Source of the DNA: Trichinella spiralis | Taxonomy: Eukaryota | Length of the DNA: 64,000 bases | NCBI RefSeq assembly: GCF_000181795.1 | Contig: NW_003526943.1 | Span: 9,408,849 to 9,472,848 of the forward strand | Direction of reading: 5' to 3' | Shown: one piece after another, positions 12,605-25,702 of the stretch | Position numbering within the stretch: the first letter of the stretch is position 1 | Layout of the letters: the number at the start of each line of letters is the position of its first letter | The notes under the pieces: generated by a model | Told to the model about the DNA's origin: nothing | What the model saw: the letters and a program-made list of their open reading frames with translations, nothing else | Database searches by the model: none | Program-made: the position numbers and the translations under genes

Positions 12605-13528
12605 TGTATTCCTAATTTCAAAAAATTTTATATATTCGTAACTCAAATGCAATGGCAATTTTTTTTGTTGAATATAAATAAATTTTATTATTATTAATTT
12701 TGTTTATAAACGCACATAAAATAATAATATATTTATACACCTAGCAAGAAGGAAATTTATTAAAACGAATAAAAGTTGTTTGATTGAATTAATAAAATTT
12801 CTGCAACTTTAACTTACAAAATTATCTTTTATTTGATGGAAATTTTAAAGTTACGGCTTATAAGTTTACTATTTCAATCTGCAGGAAGCTCCGCTTAACT
12901 ATTTTGGATGACTGCTTATGCTGCATTTCCATATTTATTTATAACTTTTATAATTTAACCATATCATTTATAAATTTTATAATTTATAACAAAAATGTCA
13001 TATAATTTGTATGTTTTATTACTGCAAATGATAATTTTATTTGTAGTTAGCGTTTTATTAATTTAAAAATTCATATACAACATTTTAATGTAAAATACAA
13101 TTGATTTATTTAAATCACATTTTTAATTTTTTATTTGTCATATTTATTTTTGACATGTTCCATATAATTATAGTTATAAAGTAATTTGTGTTTATTTGTA
13201 AGTGTGCAACAATATTTTTTCCTAATTAGTCTGATATTTTATTAGATTTTTGTTTAAAAATAGTTTTAACACTAGTATTTCAATTTAATTTCATATCTTT
13301 AGTTTTTAAATAATAATTTTATGTTATATTGCGTTAATTTGCTGGAATTATTTTTAATTTTGCTTTAGATTTTGCAATGTTTACAACTGCCATGAAGTAC
13401 TTGAACTTCTAAAAGCATTTTATCAAGTTTGTAAAGAAACTTGTGAGGTCAGCCAACATTACCAGAGGTCATGAGAACAAATAAAAAATCTCCGTCTCAG
13501 CTCAGAAACGTCTGTTATTTTGCAAAAT

Positions 13529-14128
13529 ATGGCTGGTCGATTTATTTTTCTTTTACTTTTACTTACTTTCATTTTTAATGCAAATGCAATGAAAAGCTGC
13601 TTTCAGCCTGGATGGGTTCGTTATAATAATTACTGTTACAGATTTATTTACGAACCAAAAAAATACGAAACTGCCAAATTAATCTGTGCATCACATGACT
13701 CCATACTGTTTGTACCACAGACAGATGAAGATTGGGTACTTTGCCTTTTTTTATGCTTTTTAATTTTGCACATACTAATAAAAAATGTGCAATTATAGAG
13801 TAGTGTTACTGCTGATCTACCTTCTGGAACATTTTTTTGGATTGGATTGCAGTATCAAAATGGGAAGTTAAAATGGCAAAATGAATCATCCTTCGATGTT
13901 GAAAAACTGTAAGTTAAAAGCTGACATAAAGTGATCAAACAATTTTATGCTAATTTACTTAGACCTTTCCTGGTGAAGTTGAAAAAATTCCAGAGAATTA
14001 AAGTTTACCGTCAAGAGTGTCTGTGCATGTTTGCAAGAAGCGGAAAGCCGAAGGTAATTTGGATTCCATGCATAATTCCAAGAGCATACATTTGTCAAAA
14101 AGATGCTCAACAAAGCAATGAACCTTAG
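13529..14128 (+). CDS. Secreted single-domain C-type lectin-like protein; 3 exons
   Basis: Signal peptide, CFQPGWVRYNNYCYRF, FWIGL, YICQK; exons 13529-13735, 13799-13908, 13963-14128 splice in frame. Confidence 0.92.
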
Positions 14129-14602
14129 CCTTAGCAAAACTACTTTATTTCTTTTTTAACAACCCGTAGATCAGTTATCCCATTTATATTTACCAATATG
14201 CCTTTTTACTTTTTAAATAAATTAAAATATTGTTTTAAATTGAATTATAAAATATTACTTTCGATGCTTTTCAAAGCTTTTTATTCATTTATGGCATGAA
14301 CAAACACTGTTGTTTATATTATTTATGCTATTTTAATAAAAATAAAAGCAAATTCTTGTAATGTGATATTGTTCATGTGAAACATATTTTTGTGTATAGA
14401 CAATGTTTGAAATATTTAAGAGTTCATAATTTAATTTAGATACGCAAAATTGTTCAAAATGATTTTCTCATGCAATCAGCATAACGTAGCATCATATATA
14501 GATGAACAAAATGCTAAATCATCATCTCTCACAAAATATGAAATGGATTTTAATGTTTAAATATTTTTACTCTAAATTATTAACAAATAATATGCAATGC
14601 TT

Positions 14603-16200
14603 CTATTCATTGCTTACTGGAATAAAAATGGCAGAAATTTCTGGCTGGTCAACACTTGAGCATGATTCACATGGCTTGTAGATTGGTCTTGGAGGACAAG
14701 ATTCTGATACAGGATCTGGGATGACAGATGTTGATTCAGTTTTTGTCAACGAAGATTCACTTTCACATTGACGAATTTCTTCTTTTTCACCAGGGCAACT
14801 GCCATACACAGAGCATTGCCTTGTTCTTGACTGTTTTCCATCAGAATTGCATACACTCCATTTGGACCATTCACTCCAATCTATAACTTCATTTACAAAC
14901 TGACAACTTATACCCCATGATATAATATATCTTCATCAGTATAAACAGATAAATATGATTATATGACGTGAAAACTTTTAAAATAAGCAAAGAAAAAATA
15001 TTTTTTATCCAAAGAAATAATTACCGCCAGCACAGTTGTTGGTAAAATAATCGACATCACCAGTATCAGCTTCAGCTGGTGAAGACAAGTCGGGTTTGCT
15101 TTCAATCGATTCAGAGTTCAAAATGCATTCACTATCTGGATAATAATAAACAACTGATTTACAGTTATAACCAGCACCACGGCTCTTAGATGTAGCCAGA
15201 CATTTAGAAAGACATGTCTCTACATCAATCTGTCGCAGAACATTCCTAGCATAGCCAATGAACTGCAACTGTGGGATGCGATTAAAGCTAACTAAACAAT
15301 GCCCAAGAGCTAGAAAAAAACAATGTACACACACAACAAAAGTGCTTTTATTGAAAAAATGAAATTATTTCTCAATTCAACTCACATTCTGTGCAAATTT
15401 TTTGATAAAAGTAATTTGCTTCTTCTTGTTCTAATTCAGCACCTCGACTTACACCAGCGTAAATTATTTCGCAAGTGTTGCCATCTGGGCGATAATTAAA
15501 AGAAATGCACTGGTCGTTTTTATAGCACATATCAAGACATTCCACTACTGATTTAACTGAAAACAAATATCTATTATTATAATATATGTTAATGCAAAAA
15601 GTTTTGTAGTGAAATATGATTGCAAAATTTATATTTTATTGCAGATAAATGTAGCGCCCCTTAATTTAGTTGATGGCTTGGTTTCTTACAATAGCAAGCA
15701 TTTCGTAATATTTCTTTTAGCATTTTCACATTTTCAAAATTATTTTAGCTTCTTTTAAAACACGAAATAATTTTATTGCTGAAACTGCTAAAATTCATTG
15801 ATTCAAAATAGTTATTCACAAATATGTTATTATAAACTGATTTTATCAATTGCTGCAACAAGCATACCATGTTCTTTTTCACTTCCTTCAGCTACCAGAC
15901 GAAAATTTTTTGTTTTAGTGAATGCAAGTTTCTTTGATGAATCACACGAAACTAAAAATACTTGCATTTTAGAGTCAATAAAATACTAATAACAATAAAA
16001 GATAAATTTTGGAATCACTGAGACTCATAGTATAATTGGCTGTAGTCTCTTAAAAAATTAACCACTAAATATAAAAGTTGTAATATTATAAAGATATCGT
16101 GCACAACAATTGTAAACTTACAACCAAATGTAACATCCGTGAGGTATATAAGGAAAATCAATGAAGAAGCAGTAAAATGGCAAAATTGTCTAAAATGCAT
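14603..16200 (-). CDS. Secreted protein with two PAN/apple domains and a TSP1 repeat
   Basis: Signal-peptide exon 16122-16200; PAN motifs SVVECLDMC..CISFNY..TCEI and ETCLSKC..CKSVVYYY..ECILN..VDYFTNNC; TSP1 motif WSEWSKWSVC..QSRTRQC. Some internal boundaries approximate. Confidence 0.88.
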
Positions 16201-18302
16201 GGACTTCATCCAGATGACAAAATAGCGTTTAAAAATATTAACCTGAAAATCAAATATTTCAGAATAATAAAACAAATTAAATATAAAATGCTTGTTCTCA
16301 AAATCAGAATTCCTCGAATTCCATTTCGCTCAAAAGTTAGAATTCTTCAGGCAATTTGAGTTGTACAGAGCAGTATAACCAGCTGCTGAGATGCAAAGAA
16401 AAGATAATGCTCATTATTTAAATTACCGTGAATAGTGCAGCCAAATGAAATAGCCATTTTGAAACATCCTATAGAAATACATGATTTGGTTTCTAAATTC
16501 ATTTTGATAATCTCCATAAGGAGGTAATTCTTCATAAAAAATGATTTTCATAAGAACATGAAATAAAAAATCTTTTTTGTCATACCAATTTGTCACCTAC
16601 ATGTAAGTTCTCGCTGTGTTCAACGTGAAATACCAGAAAATGGTGTCTTTCAATTAGAGCAGTAAATTAACCGGAATCAATAAAAATGTGCACATCTAAT
16701 ATCATGGGACTACTTCTTTTTTCTACTTAAATATTTGTAATCCAAAATTTATGATAAGTGCAAAAACTGCAGATACTTCTTGTTTTGTATGACCGAACAT
16801 GATTTTATTATACTTGTTTAAAATTAAGCAATTAAAATATTAACCTAATCTTTTGATCTGTTAAAATTTGCGTATTTTATTATAAATTAATGATTCATTT
16901 CACTTTGCATGCAATGTAGTACTTGAACTGCAAATGGCGCAAATTAAAATGTTGAAATGAAAAATAAATTAACAATTAAATATTATACTAAAATGCAACA
17001 TTAAAATTGAGTATAAAGTCTGTCACTGTGAAATAATTAATACTGTGAAAAATACTAGTTAATTAATGTTTGACATTATTTTTTCTTAAGGCTAAAAATT
17101 AAGAAAATAACAGCATGTACTAATTTACAATTTTGACGAAAATGTTTTAATAGTTTCAATTTGAATTTTTGATATATATTGTCAATATCTTTGCTAACTG
17201 AATTTTAGTATTTTTATTAAAATTTTTAATTATTTGCAAAATAAAAAACAGTGACAAATATTGATGAGCAAATTGAAAACTCAGAAGCATAAAACATTGA
17301 CAAGCAACTTTACACTGAAATAGTTTCACAAAATTCACAAATAAGAGATAATATAAATTTCCAAAGTACATCTTTTCAGTGGTGATTGAAGATGGAACAA
17401 TGAAGATTGGTGATGGTGATTGAAGATGAATAATAATATTTACATTTATTTTTTATGCATTTTATAATAATTTTCTTTTACTTACGTGCAAATGACATAA
17501 AACATATTTATTGCAGCTAAAGTGCATGAAAATTACATAATAATGATAAATTATTACCTGCTAAACTACAGCACGACGTAAAACTTACCAATGCGTATTA
17601 CTATTAAAATAAATCGTTGTCATCATATAAAATCGGAATGATATGATTATTGTATTCATGCAGTGTGAATGATAATTTAAAAAAATAAAAACAATTATCA
17701 ATTATTAAAATAAAAGAATTAAAAAACATTATTGAGAGGTTAAGCTTTTTACTCAACATTTTGTTATTATATTATGCTAATTGCTATTATACTTAGTAAA
17801 GGCAAAAAGTGTTACATACTGTCAAGTTCTTTATAATGATCATTTTGCAAGATAAATATTAAAGTAAGTTTTGCATATATTTTTTAAAGAGCTATTTACC
17901 AGGTTCGTTAGGTTTACCTTAAACTGTTATCTGAAAGCAGATATTTAAGAATAAATTATATAAAATTTTATTGCTGCAATTCGAATTTTCACTGGCTACA
18001 AGGTTTTTAAAAATAAACACTTTTTATTCTATAAAGTCGATAAAATTGTGACCTACAAAAATTTAATTTTGCAATGAAAATGCAATAAGATAACATATTT
18101 ACTAATGGAAGAAAAAATGCTTTGGATTTATTTGTTTCATCTACATATCACAAATACAGTAAACAAAAGGATTTTTATTTTCTAATATAAATATTTAAAT
18201 ATTATCAGTTAGCATAGAAGAAAATAACATGAGCAACGTCTTCTTGGATAATAAAACAATATAATAATAATAATGACATCAACAATCAGTTTATGTAAAA
18301 GT

Positions 18303-19822
18303 TCAAAATGTTTTTGGTATGTAATTTAGGCAGACGCTTGTTTCGTTGTTCATATTATACAACCAAGGTTGATTATATACAGATTGAACGCAGCGACGTC
18401 GATTTTGTTCATTTAGCCTAACATAACGTTCTGGATAGTAACCCGGTTGAAAATAAGGTATCATTCCACCATATTGGGCAGGTGCACAACTGCAAGGTTT
18501 CTCTTTCCATGTAGAAGACCAGTCGGGCTGGAAACTTAGAAAGTTGCTGAAATCACCAAATTTTTTTGGCATATTTTTGCAACTGAGCAGCTCTTCATCA
18601 CCAGTCGGTACACCAAAATAATCACAAAACCATTTAAATGCTTTAATTCGTCGACTTTCGCCTGGTCCTCCAGGTTCACTCTGATCTTCACCACTACATT
18701 CATTATTAATAATCAAACTAGTGGGTCCAAAAATTGGACCGAAATATCCCGCTTCTCGGTTTACTGGGCCAGATTCCCAATTGCCTGGAACAGTATCTTT
18801 GCAAACAGTAATAAATAAATTCCAAGTTAAAGCAAGTAAAGTTTACCCATAATGATGTCGTGCATAGCTGGCTTCGGTGGTTGTGGAGTCATGTAGAACC
18901 AAACTGAGCCAAGAATTGCCAATGGCGGATCCACTTTTGTCATCAATAAATTGGGATTTTTAAGTAAATCGACAATAATGTTTTGTGAATGAAGCCATTG
19001 CTGAAATTGGCCATAATTAAAATTGTACGAAAGTTGAATAGCTCCCCGGCCAAAGTAACATCCTTTGTAATAATTGCCTTCCTGCTCATTACTGCAGGGA
19101 TAAAAATGATCAAGTTCAGCATTGGTGGAACAATATCGACCAGCTGGATTGCATTTGTCGCCATCGGTAGGAGAATAGCCTGAACTATTGGGTGGCAAAA
19201 ACGACGATCCAGGTCCACCTTCAAACCAGTTGTAAAAGCCACCTCGGTAAAAACAAGCATGAGCCTGTTCAACATCCATATTACTGTAGAGGCTGGCGTC
19301 ATTTTCTCCAGTTTCTTGTATTGCATGCGCAAAAAATGCTGCTAAATCTCGACGATAATTTTCCCTAGCTGTAAATCCATTTGTTGGAGACTCGGTACCA
19401 AATTCTGGGAAATATCTAGCGGCAATAATGAAAGCTTTGTAATTATATGGAAAGCATTTGTTTGCACCCCAACCGAGATTGGCTTTTGGAAATAAATCAT
19501 TGAAAATATCTTCGGTAAACCAAGATTCTAGCTTAGAAGGTGGACGACGATTTGGATCAAATGCATCCTTGCAAAATTTTGGGGGACCATTTCCTTGTTT
19601 CTTAACAGTTGGGCAATCAACATTGAGAACGCAATTATTCAAAACACATTTGTAATCAGGCTCACAAGGGCAACGGCTACTAAAACCATGGGCTAGAATG
19701 AAGAACTTTGTTTTTTTTAACAGCTTTATTTATTTTCAATTTTCTTATTTACCTTTTATTATTAAAATGAAAAACAACAGGAAAGAAAAGCATAAAGCCA
19801 TCTCCCAGTGCGACTGTTTCAT
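18303..19822 (-). CDS. Secreted glycoside hydrolase family 19 chitinase; 3 exons
   Basis: Exons 19753-19822, 18847-19692, 18303-18784; motifs AAFFAHAIQETG, YFGRGAIQLSYNFNYG, WFYMT, IINNEC; signal peptide. Confidence 0.95.
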
Positions 19823-22127
19823 ACAAATAGTCCAGGAATGAAAACTTTGCAAATGGCCTGAACAAACAGCCTGCCAGAAATATACTGCTCAACAAATAAA
19901 GCCGATGGCCTAGTTTTGTAGGCAAATTTGATTCCCTTCAGAAAAGTAACTAAATTTGTTGGCTTACAGTTTGAATTGTTTATCATGAGAAAAAGTTTTA
20001 AACTGCATTTTTTCATTGCACTACCTTTTAAGCTCTAAAACTGTAAACCACTTTTATTCATAATATAAAATAATGAAAATTTTTAAAAAGTTATCTTATA
20101 ATTTTAATTATTCTATTAAACCAGCATGATGTATCTTTGATCAGGCTTTATTGTCAGCAATGCGCATTTTGTTTTATAAAAAATGATTTTCAATTATAAT
20201 TTGAGTTTTTGAAATGTTGATTGATTATAAATAAAAAGATCTAAAGAGAAAACTAAATTATAAAAATATCACTGCCTTACGCATGAAATTGCATTGATTC
20301 GTCCATTAGAAGAATGGGAAAATTTTCCATCGATCAATATTTTAGTTCAAAAATTGTTTATTCTCAGTCAGTATAGTTGGTAGCATAATCGCCTATTCAT
20401 AGCAGGACAGATCAACTTGATGTATTTTAACTTTAACTGAAGCTGACCGATTAGCTGGAAAATCGAAAATTCTACCAACAAGACCATCTATATGTTAACT
20501 GATGCTTTTAGTGATCGAAAGAAATCAAAACCACGGTTTGGGGCAAATTCTTCAACAGACCTTATTTAAAGCAGCCGCTTTTGCAATCAACGGAACTTTC
20601 AAACTTTTGAAATCACTGGATAATTTCTGAAATATCTTTATAAATGTAGAAAAAGCTTAAGTGCATGTTTTTACAGTTTGTTACAAATTCCCATATTCAC
20701 TAAATAGAACTTTAGCGATGTCTTAATTTCTGATTCAGAGTTTTAGTCAAATGTTTAATTGCAAAAGCATGTTCATCTTTTGAAAAGTAAATTTTATTTT
20801 AAAAAAATTTTATTTTCTGATTTCAAGCATATTCATAATTCAAAATACATTTTCAGTTGTTTAAAATACATATTTTTACTTTCAGAGGCAATATTCATGT
20901 GAAATGTGTCATGTAAAGATTACTATTATTCTTTTTTATTTGTTGCAATTTTTATTATCAGAACTTATGAGACATGATGTTTTTCAATAACATTCTGATA
21001 TATACAAGATAAACTAAAAGATCTTGAAGATTTCAAAATTCTTTACTTGGCATTCTTATTATTTATAGGTCAATATTATAGTAATAAGTATTAAAGATTA
21101 TTCATAATGTATGCTTTACTTTTCATAAATTAATTACTGTTGATGACTTCAAAGATTTTTTTTTATTTTCTTACACTTTCTAATTGTGATGCTGTCACTC
21201 AAAACAAAAATCATTTTTTAAAATTAAAATCAAAACTTGAAACATTAAAAAGTTACATTTTAAGCCTTTCATAAGTTAAATTTTTGCTTTTATATATAAA
21301 AAGATAACTAATAAACTGTTAAATAAACTTATTTCAGTTTATATAGGATTTGTTTCGAATAAATGAAAAAGTTGAAATAATGTTCTGATGTAATATGTGA
21401 TGAAAATCGATTCTGTTGCATTAAATTAGGGTTTTTGAATTGTTGTTCAATTGTGCAGATGCAATGAATTGAAAAAATACAAAAAATAAAAAAAACAGTC
21501 ATTTAAAGTTATAGTTATTTTTGATCAAATTATTGTAATTAAATCTATTGATAAAGATTGAATGGAATACTTATGAATATTATCGTTTATAAGTTACAGC
21601 AAATATTAAACTCAGTAATGCAAATCAGTAAAAGATATAATAAGCTTGAAAGGCTGTCAACTTTAATATAAAAATTTTGATAACATTTTCAATATAATTT
21701 TTACATTTCACTCATTTCTAATATCTGTCTAAAATACTGAACAGCTTAAAGTCTTTTTAAATATTGGGCTGTTTTTAATTTATCATTGTTAATATCTTTA
21801 TTCAGTTGATGACAGTATAATTGTACCTGAGTTGCGCTATGTTTGGATACTGTACTTTACAATTTACTGTACAATGCAATTTAAATTTAAAGCATTAGTT
21901 AAAGTTGGTAGTGTCGGTTTGCGATGTATGATCAGTTTTTTCATGTTTGTTTATACAAGCAGACTGAATTAACAACTTCAGTTAAGCATTCTTAGTAAAT
22001 TTTTTTAGCATTATATTTGACCTGATTTGCGCGCGGTTCATGATTTACTTCAATAATGCTTTTCATTGATAAATTGGTTTTGCTAATTTTAGATTTGATT
22101 TCAAGTTAAGTGGACAAAAATTCTGCT

Positions 22128-25100
22128 ATGGGTGCAAGTTTGAGTGAGCCCGACACGAAACTGACTACAGCGAGTTGTGGAAATAGTTACCTCAAAGTTG
22201 GTTCTTCGTCTATGCAAGGATGGCGAATTCGTAAGTTTTGAAATTTATTTCCATTGTTGATGTTTTCCTTTTCCAGTGATATATTTTTGAAATATTTTCA
22301 GAAATGGAAGATGCTCACACTCATCTTCTGTCTTTACCTGAGGACGAGAAGGTGAGCTTTTTCGGAGTGTACGATGGTCATGGAGGTAATTTGATTAAAG
22401 TGTTTTTTTTAATTTACTGAACAATTTTTTTTTCTTTCAAGGTGCCTGCGCTTCTCGTTATGCATCTTGCCATTTGCACAAAGCAATTGCACAAACGAAA
22501 GCATTTGGTATAGTTGCCGCTTTGCGTTTTCAACTTTTTCTTGTCATATAGTTCAATTTTTATAGCCGAAGGAGATTTGGTCGAAGCGATAAAACAAGGC
22601 TTCCTGGACGTGGATAAAGACATGTTAGAAAGTAAATTTAAATTTTATTTTTTGGGATTAACATCTTCTTTATTGCCAAATGCTGTTCAGATGTTGGTTT
22701 GCATTTTGATGACGATACAATTTAAAAATTTGTTTGCAACTTTAAATGTTCACATTGTTTCACATGAATGTTTAAGTTTTTTTAAAGTTGGTATTGAAAA
22801 ATGTTGAAATGAAAATGAAAAATTTTACTTTTTTAAAATAAATATAATTAATGATTTTTTATTTGTTTTTCAACTAGATCACGGAAATTTGGTTGGCGTA
22901 GCGGGTACTACTGCAGTGATAGTGATGCTGAAGGAGGATACACTGTTTTGCGTAAGTTAAATTTCCGTATCAGTTTGCCTATTTATAAATTCAAAAAATA
23001 TATATATCATAATATTCCTTGAAACTTCAGCATTTTTCTTGCAGCTTCATTACGCTAACTCATTGTTGTCATTGATTTATTGCTTTCATTGCTCTGCTGA
23101 GTAAACGGATGTGTTTACGGCACGCTTTATTCATAAATGTGGTAAACACATTTGTGACTGAGGAGGCAGAAGCGCGCTTTGAAGTAGTATAATTAAAATG
23201 TTGAGTTGAGCGCATATTGTCTACTGGCGTGTAATTCGGCAATGTTGAAGAACATTTCCAGTTCTCAGTTTGCATTCGACGTATTTGTTTTCATAATTGA
23301 TTTATAATATTATGCTTAAAAGTTAAAAGTGGCGACTGAAATTATTGCTCTTGAAAAATTGGTCGATTTTCTTCTTTAATCACTGTTTGCCAAAGTTGTT
23401 TTTGAGATTTTGATCTTTGCTTTTTGTTTGCTAAGAATTTTGATGTTGTAAAATTAGATTTGTTTTGCTTTTATATCTTTTTCTCAGAACAGCAGTTTCC
23501 TGTTTGATGAGAAGCTGAAATTGTCAAAATTTTAAAATTGTGAAATTTCCATCAACTATGCCAATTATTTATTGAAAGTGTTAATTGTAATTATTAGTGA
23601 ATGATAGCTTCGTTGGAAAAGGAAATGTGTTTAATTTAATTTAATTTTTCTTTTCAATTAAGGGAAATGTTGGAGATTCTCGAGCGGTGATCAGTGCCGG
23701 AGGTGTGGCCGAGCCGTTGAGTTTTGACCACAAGCCGGTCAATGAGGGTGAAATTAAGCGAATTTTTTCTGCCGGCGGATGGGTGGAATTCAATCGTGTG
23801 AACGGCAATTTGGCCATGTCTCGGGCATTAGGCGATTTTATCTACAAAGCCTGTCACGAGAAATCGCCAAAAGAGCAGATTGTCACTGGTGCGTATTAAT
23901 ATTAGTTTTTTTTATTTTATCAATATATATTTATTTATTTATTTATGGATTATTCCTTCTGTTCAGCTTATCCCGATGTGGTGAGTCGCAGTTTGACCGA
24001 TGCGGATGAATTTATTGTTCTTGCTTGCGACGGTGTGTGGGATGTGATGACCAACCAGGAGGTGGTCGATTTTTGCCGTGAACGTATAGCTGCCGGTTTG
24101 GCACCAGAAAAAGTAGCTGTTTTAAACGATGCGAACAAAATGATGACTAATAATTCGATTATAATATCTGTTGCATATTTTTTTTTGTTTGAATGAACAG
24201 ATTTGTGAAGAATTGCTTTTGCAATGCTTGGCTCCGGATTGTCAGATGGGCGGTCTCGGCTGTGACAACATGACGGTCATTTTGGTTTGCCTGTTGAGAG
24301 ATAAGCCTTACGAAGAATTGATGAAAAAATGCATCCGAGATCGCCCACCGACGCCCGTCCGACGGACGGACGAGCTCAGCCAACAGTTTGTCACGCCTCC
24401 ACTTTCCCCTGCCGACTCCCAACCCGTCCTACCCTCTGGTTCATTTCCAGAGGCTATTGGGTCTCCAGTGGCCATTGAAAATGAAAACGAACAGGTAAAA
24501 TGATAATAATAATGCTAATTGTTATCTAAATTATTTGATTACATTGTGATTTTGGAAAAACTGCTTTATTTATAATAATAATAATAATAAAATTCAAATT
24601 CCAAATGATTTAAACATATTTGCATGCAAATTAGCTTTTGCTGAACTGATGATGATTTGTTGCAAAGGTGCAGAAAAATCTATTTTCACATAATCAATCA
24701 GATTGTTTCGTTTTTGTTAATTGGTCAGTTATGGGAATTTCTGATTTATTTATTGATGGCAAAAGAAGAAAATGCTGGCGTAAATGTAATTTTTCGGAAA
24801 CTTTGCTTCATTTCTACACAACATCCAACTATTATTTAGTGATTAATTATTGCTATTCGATGTTTATCAGGTGACTAATTAATTCGGTTCATTTATTTAT
24901 TATGCTTTACTGGATTATCTGCTCATTTTCGTTTGCTGTTTTTGGACAGACAATAGCTTTTTTTTAAAAAACATATGTATGTAGATAATTATACATTGCA
25001 TGATGTGATGTATTTATTGTGGAAAATAAACGAGAAGAGTTGTTTCAGGAGAAAGTAGAGAAGAAGAATGAAATTGTGGATTGCGCAGTTGGTGATGTGA

Positions 25101-25180
25101 AGCAGTTGGAAGAATTGAAGCCGAAGGTGGTCGATTACAATGCCAACGAAAGTGAAGAAGCAGATGAAAAGGAGAAGTAG
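22128..25180 (+). CDS. ppm-2: Protein phosphatase 2C (PPM family), ppm-2-like; multi-exon
   Basis: [67 protein letters not shown]; probable last exon 25049-25180. Confidence 0.95.
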
Positions 25181-25272
25181 AAATAATTGTTGGGCAAGGC
25201 ATAAGCGACCAATGACAACAGTTCTCACCACATCCGTGGTGCTTCAATGCTTTGCATCAACTAGCCATCAGC

Positions 25273-25275
<3 letters not shown>

Positions 25276-25308
<33 letters not shown>
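25276..25308. repeat. (TC)n microsatellite
   Basis: Perfect dinucleotide run just downstream of the PP2C stop. Confidence 0.95.
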
Positions 25309-25311
<3 letters not shown>

Positions 25312-25702
25312 ATAATTTGCCGTGTTCATTATTATTCTATTTTTGTCATCATTTATTATGAATTATATATTTTTAATGCTCCCTTTTACACGACACAAAA
25401 GCTTTTTTATTTGTCGTGTCAAGAAATAAATGAAGATATATTTATTTTAAAATAAATTCAAATGAATCAAAATTCATTTTTTCCACTTTTTTTCAGATCT
25501 GTTATTGACAATGATTGTTTTTAGAATGAAATTTGCGGGAAAAAATGAAAAATAAAAATTCAACTTTTTCTTTTCTCGTCTCAATTGTCTATTTCCAATC
25601 AGTGATGACAATTTTATTGTCATTTTTCTGTTCAATTATTAATTACTTTTTAATTGTTAATATTCAACAACAACAACAAATACATTTTTTATGAATTTCC
25701 AG

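Noticed and set aside
12359..12658. 99-aa ORF
   Set aside because: Spurious translation across the tRNA-Leu gene.
17380..17430. Two copies of TGGTGATTGAAGATG
   Set aside because: Only two units; simple local duplication, not an array.
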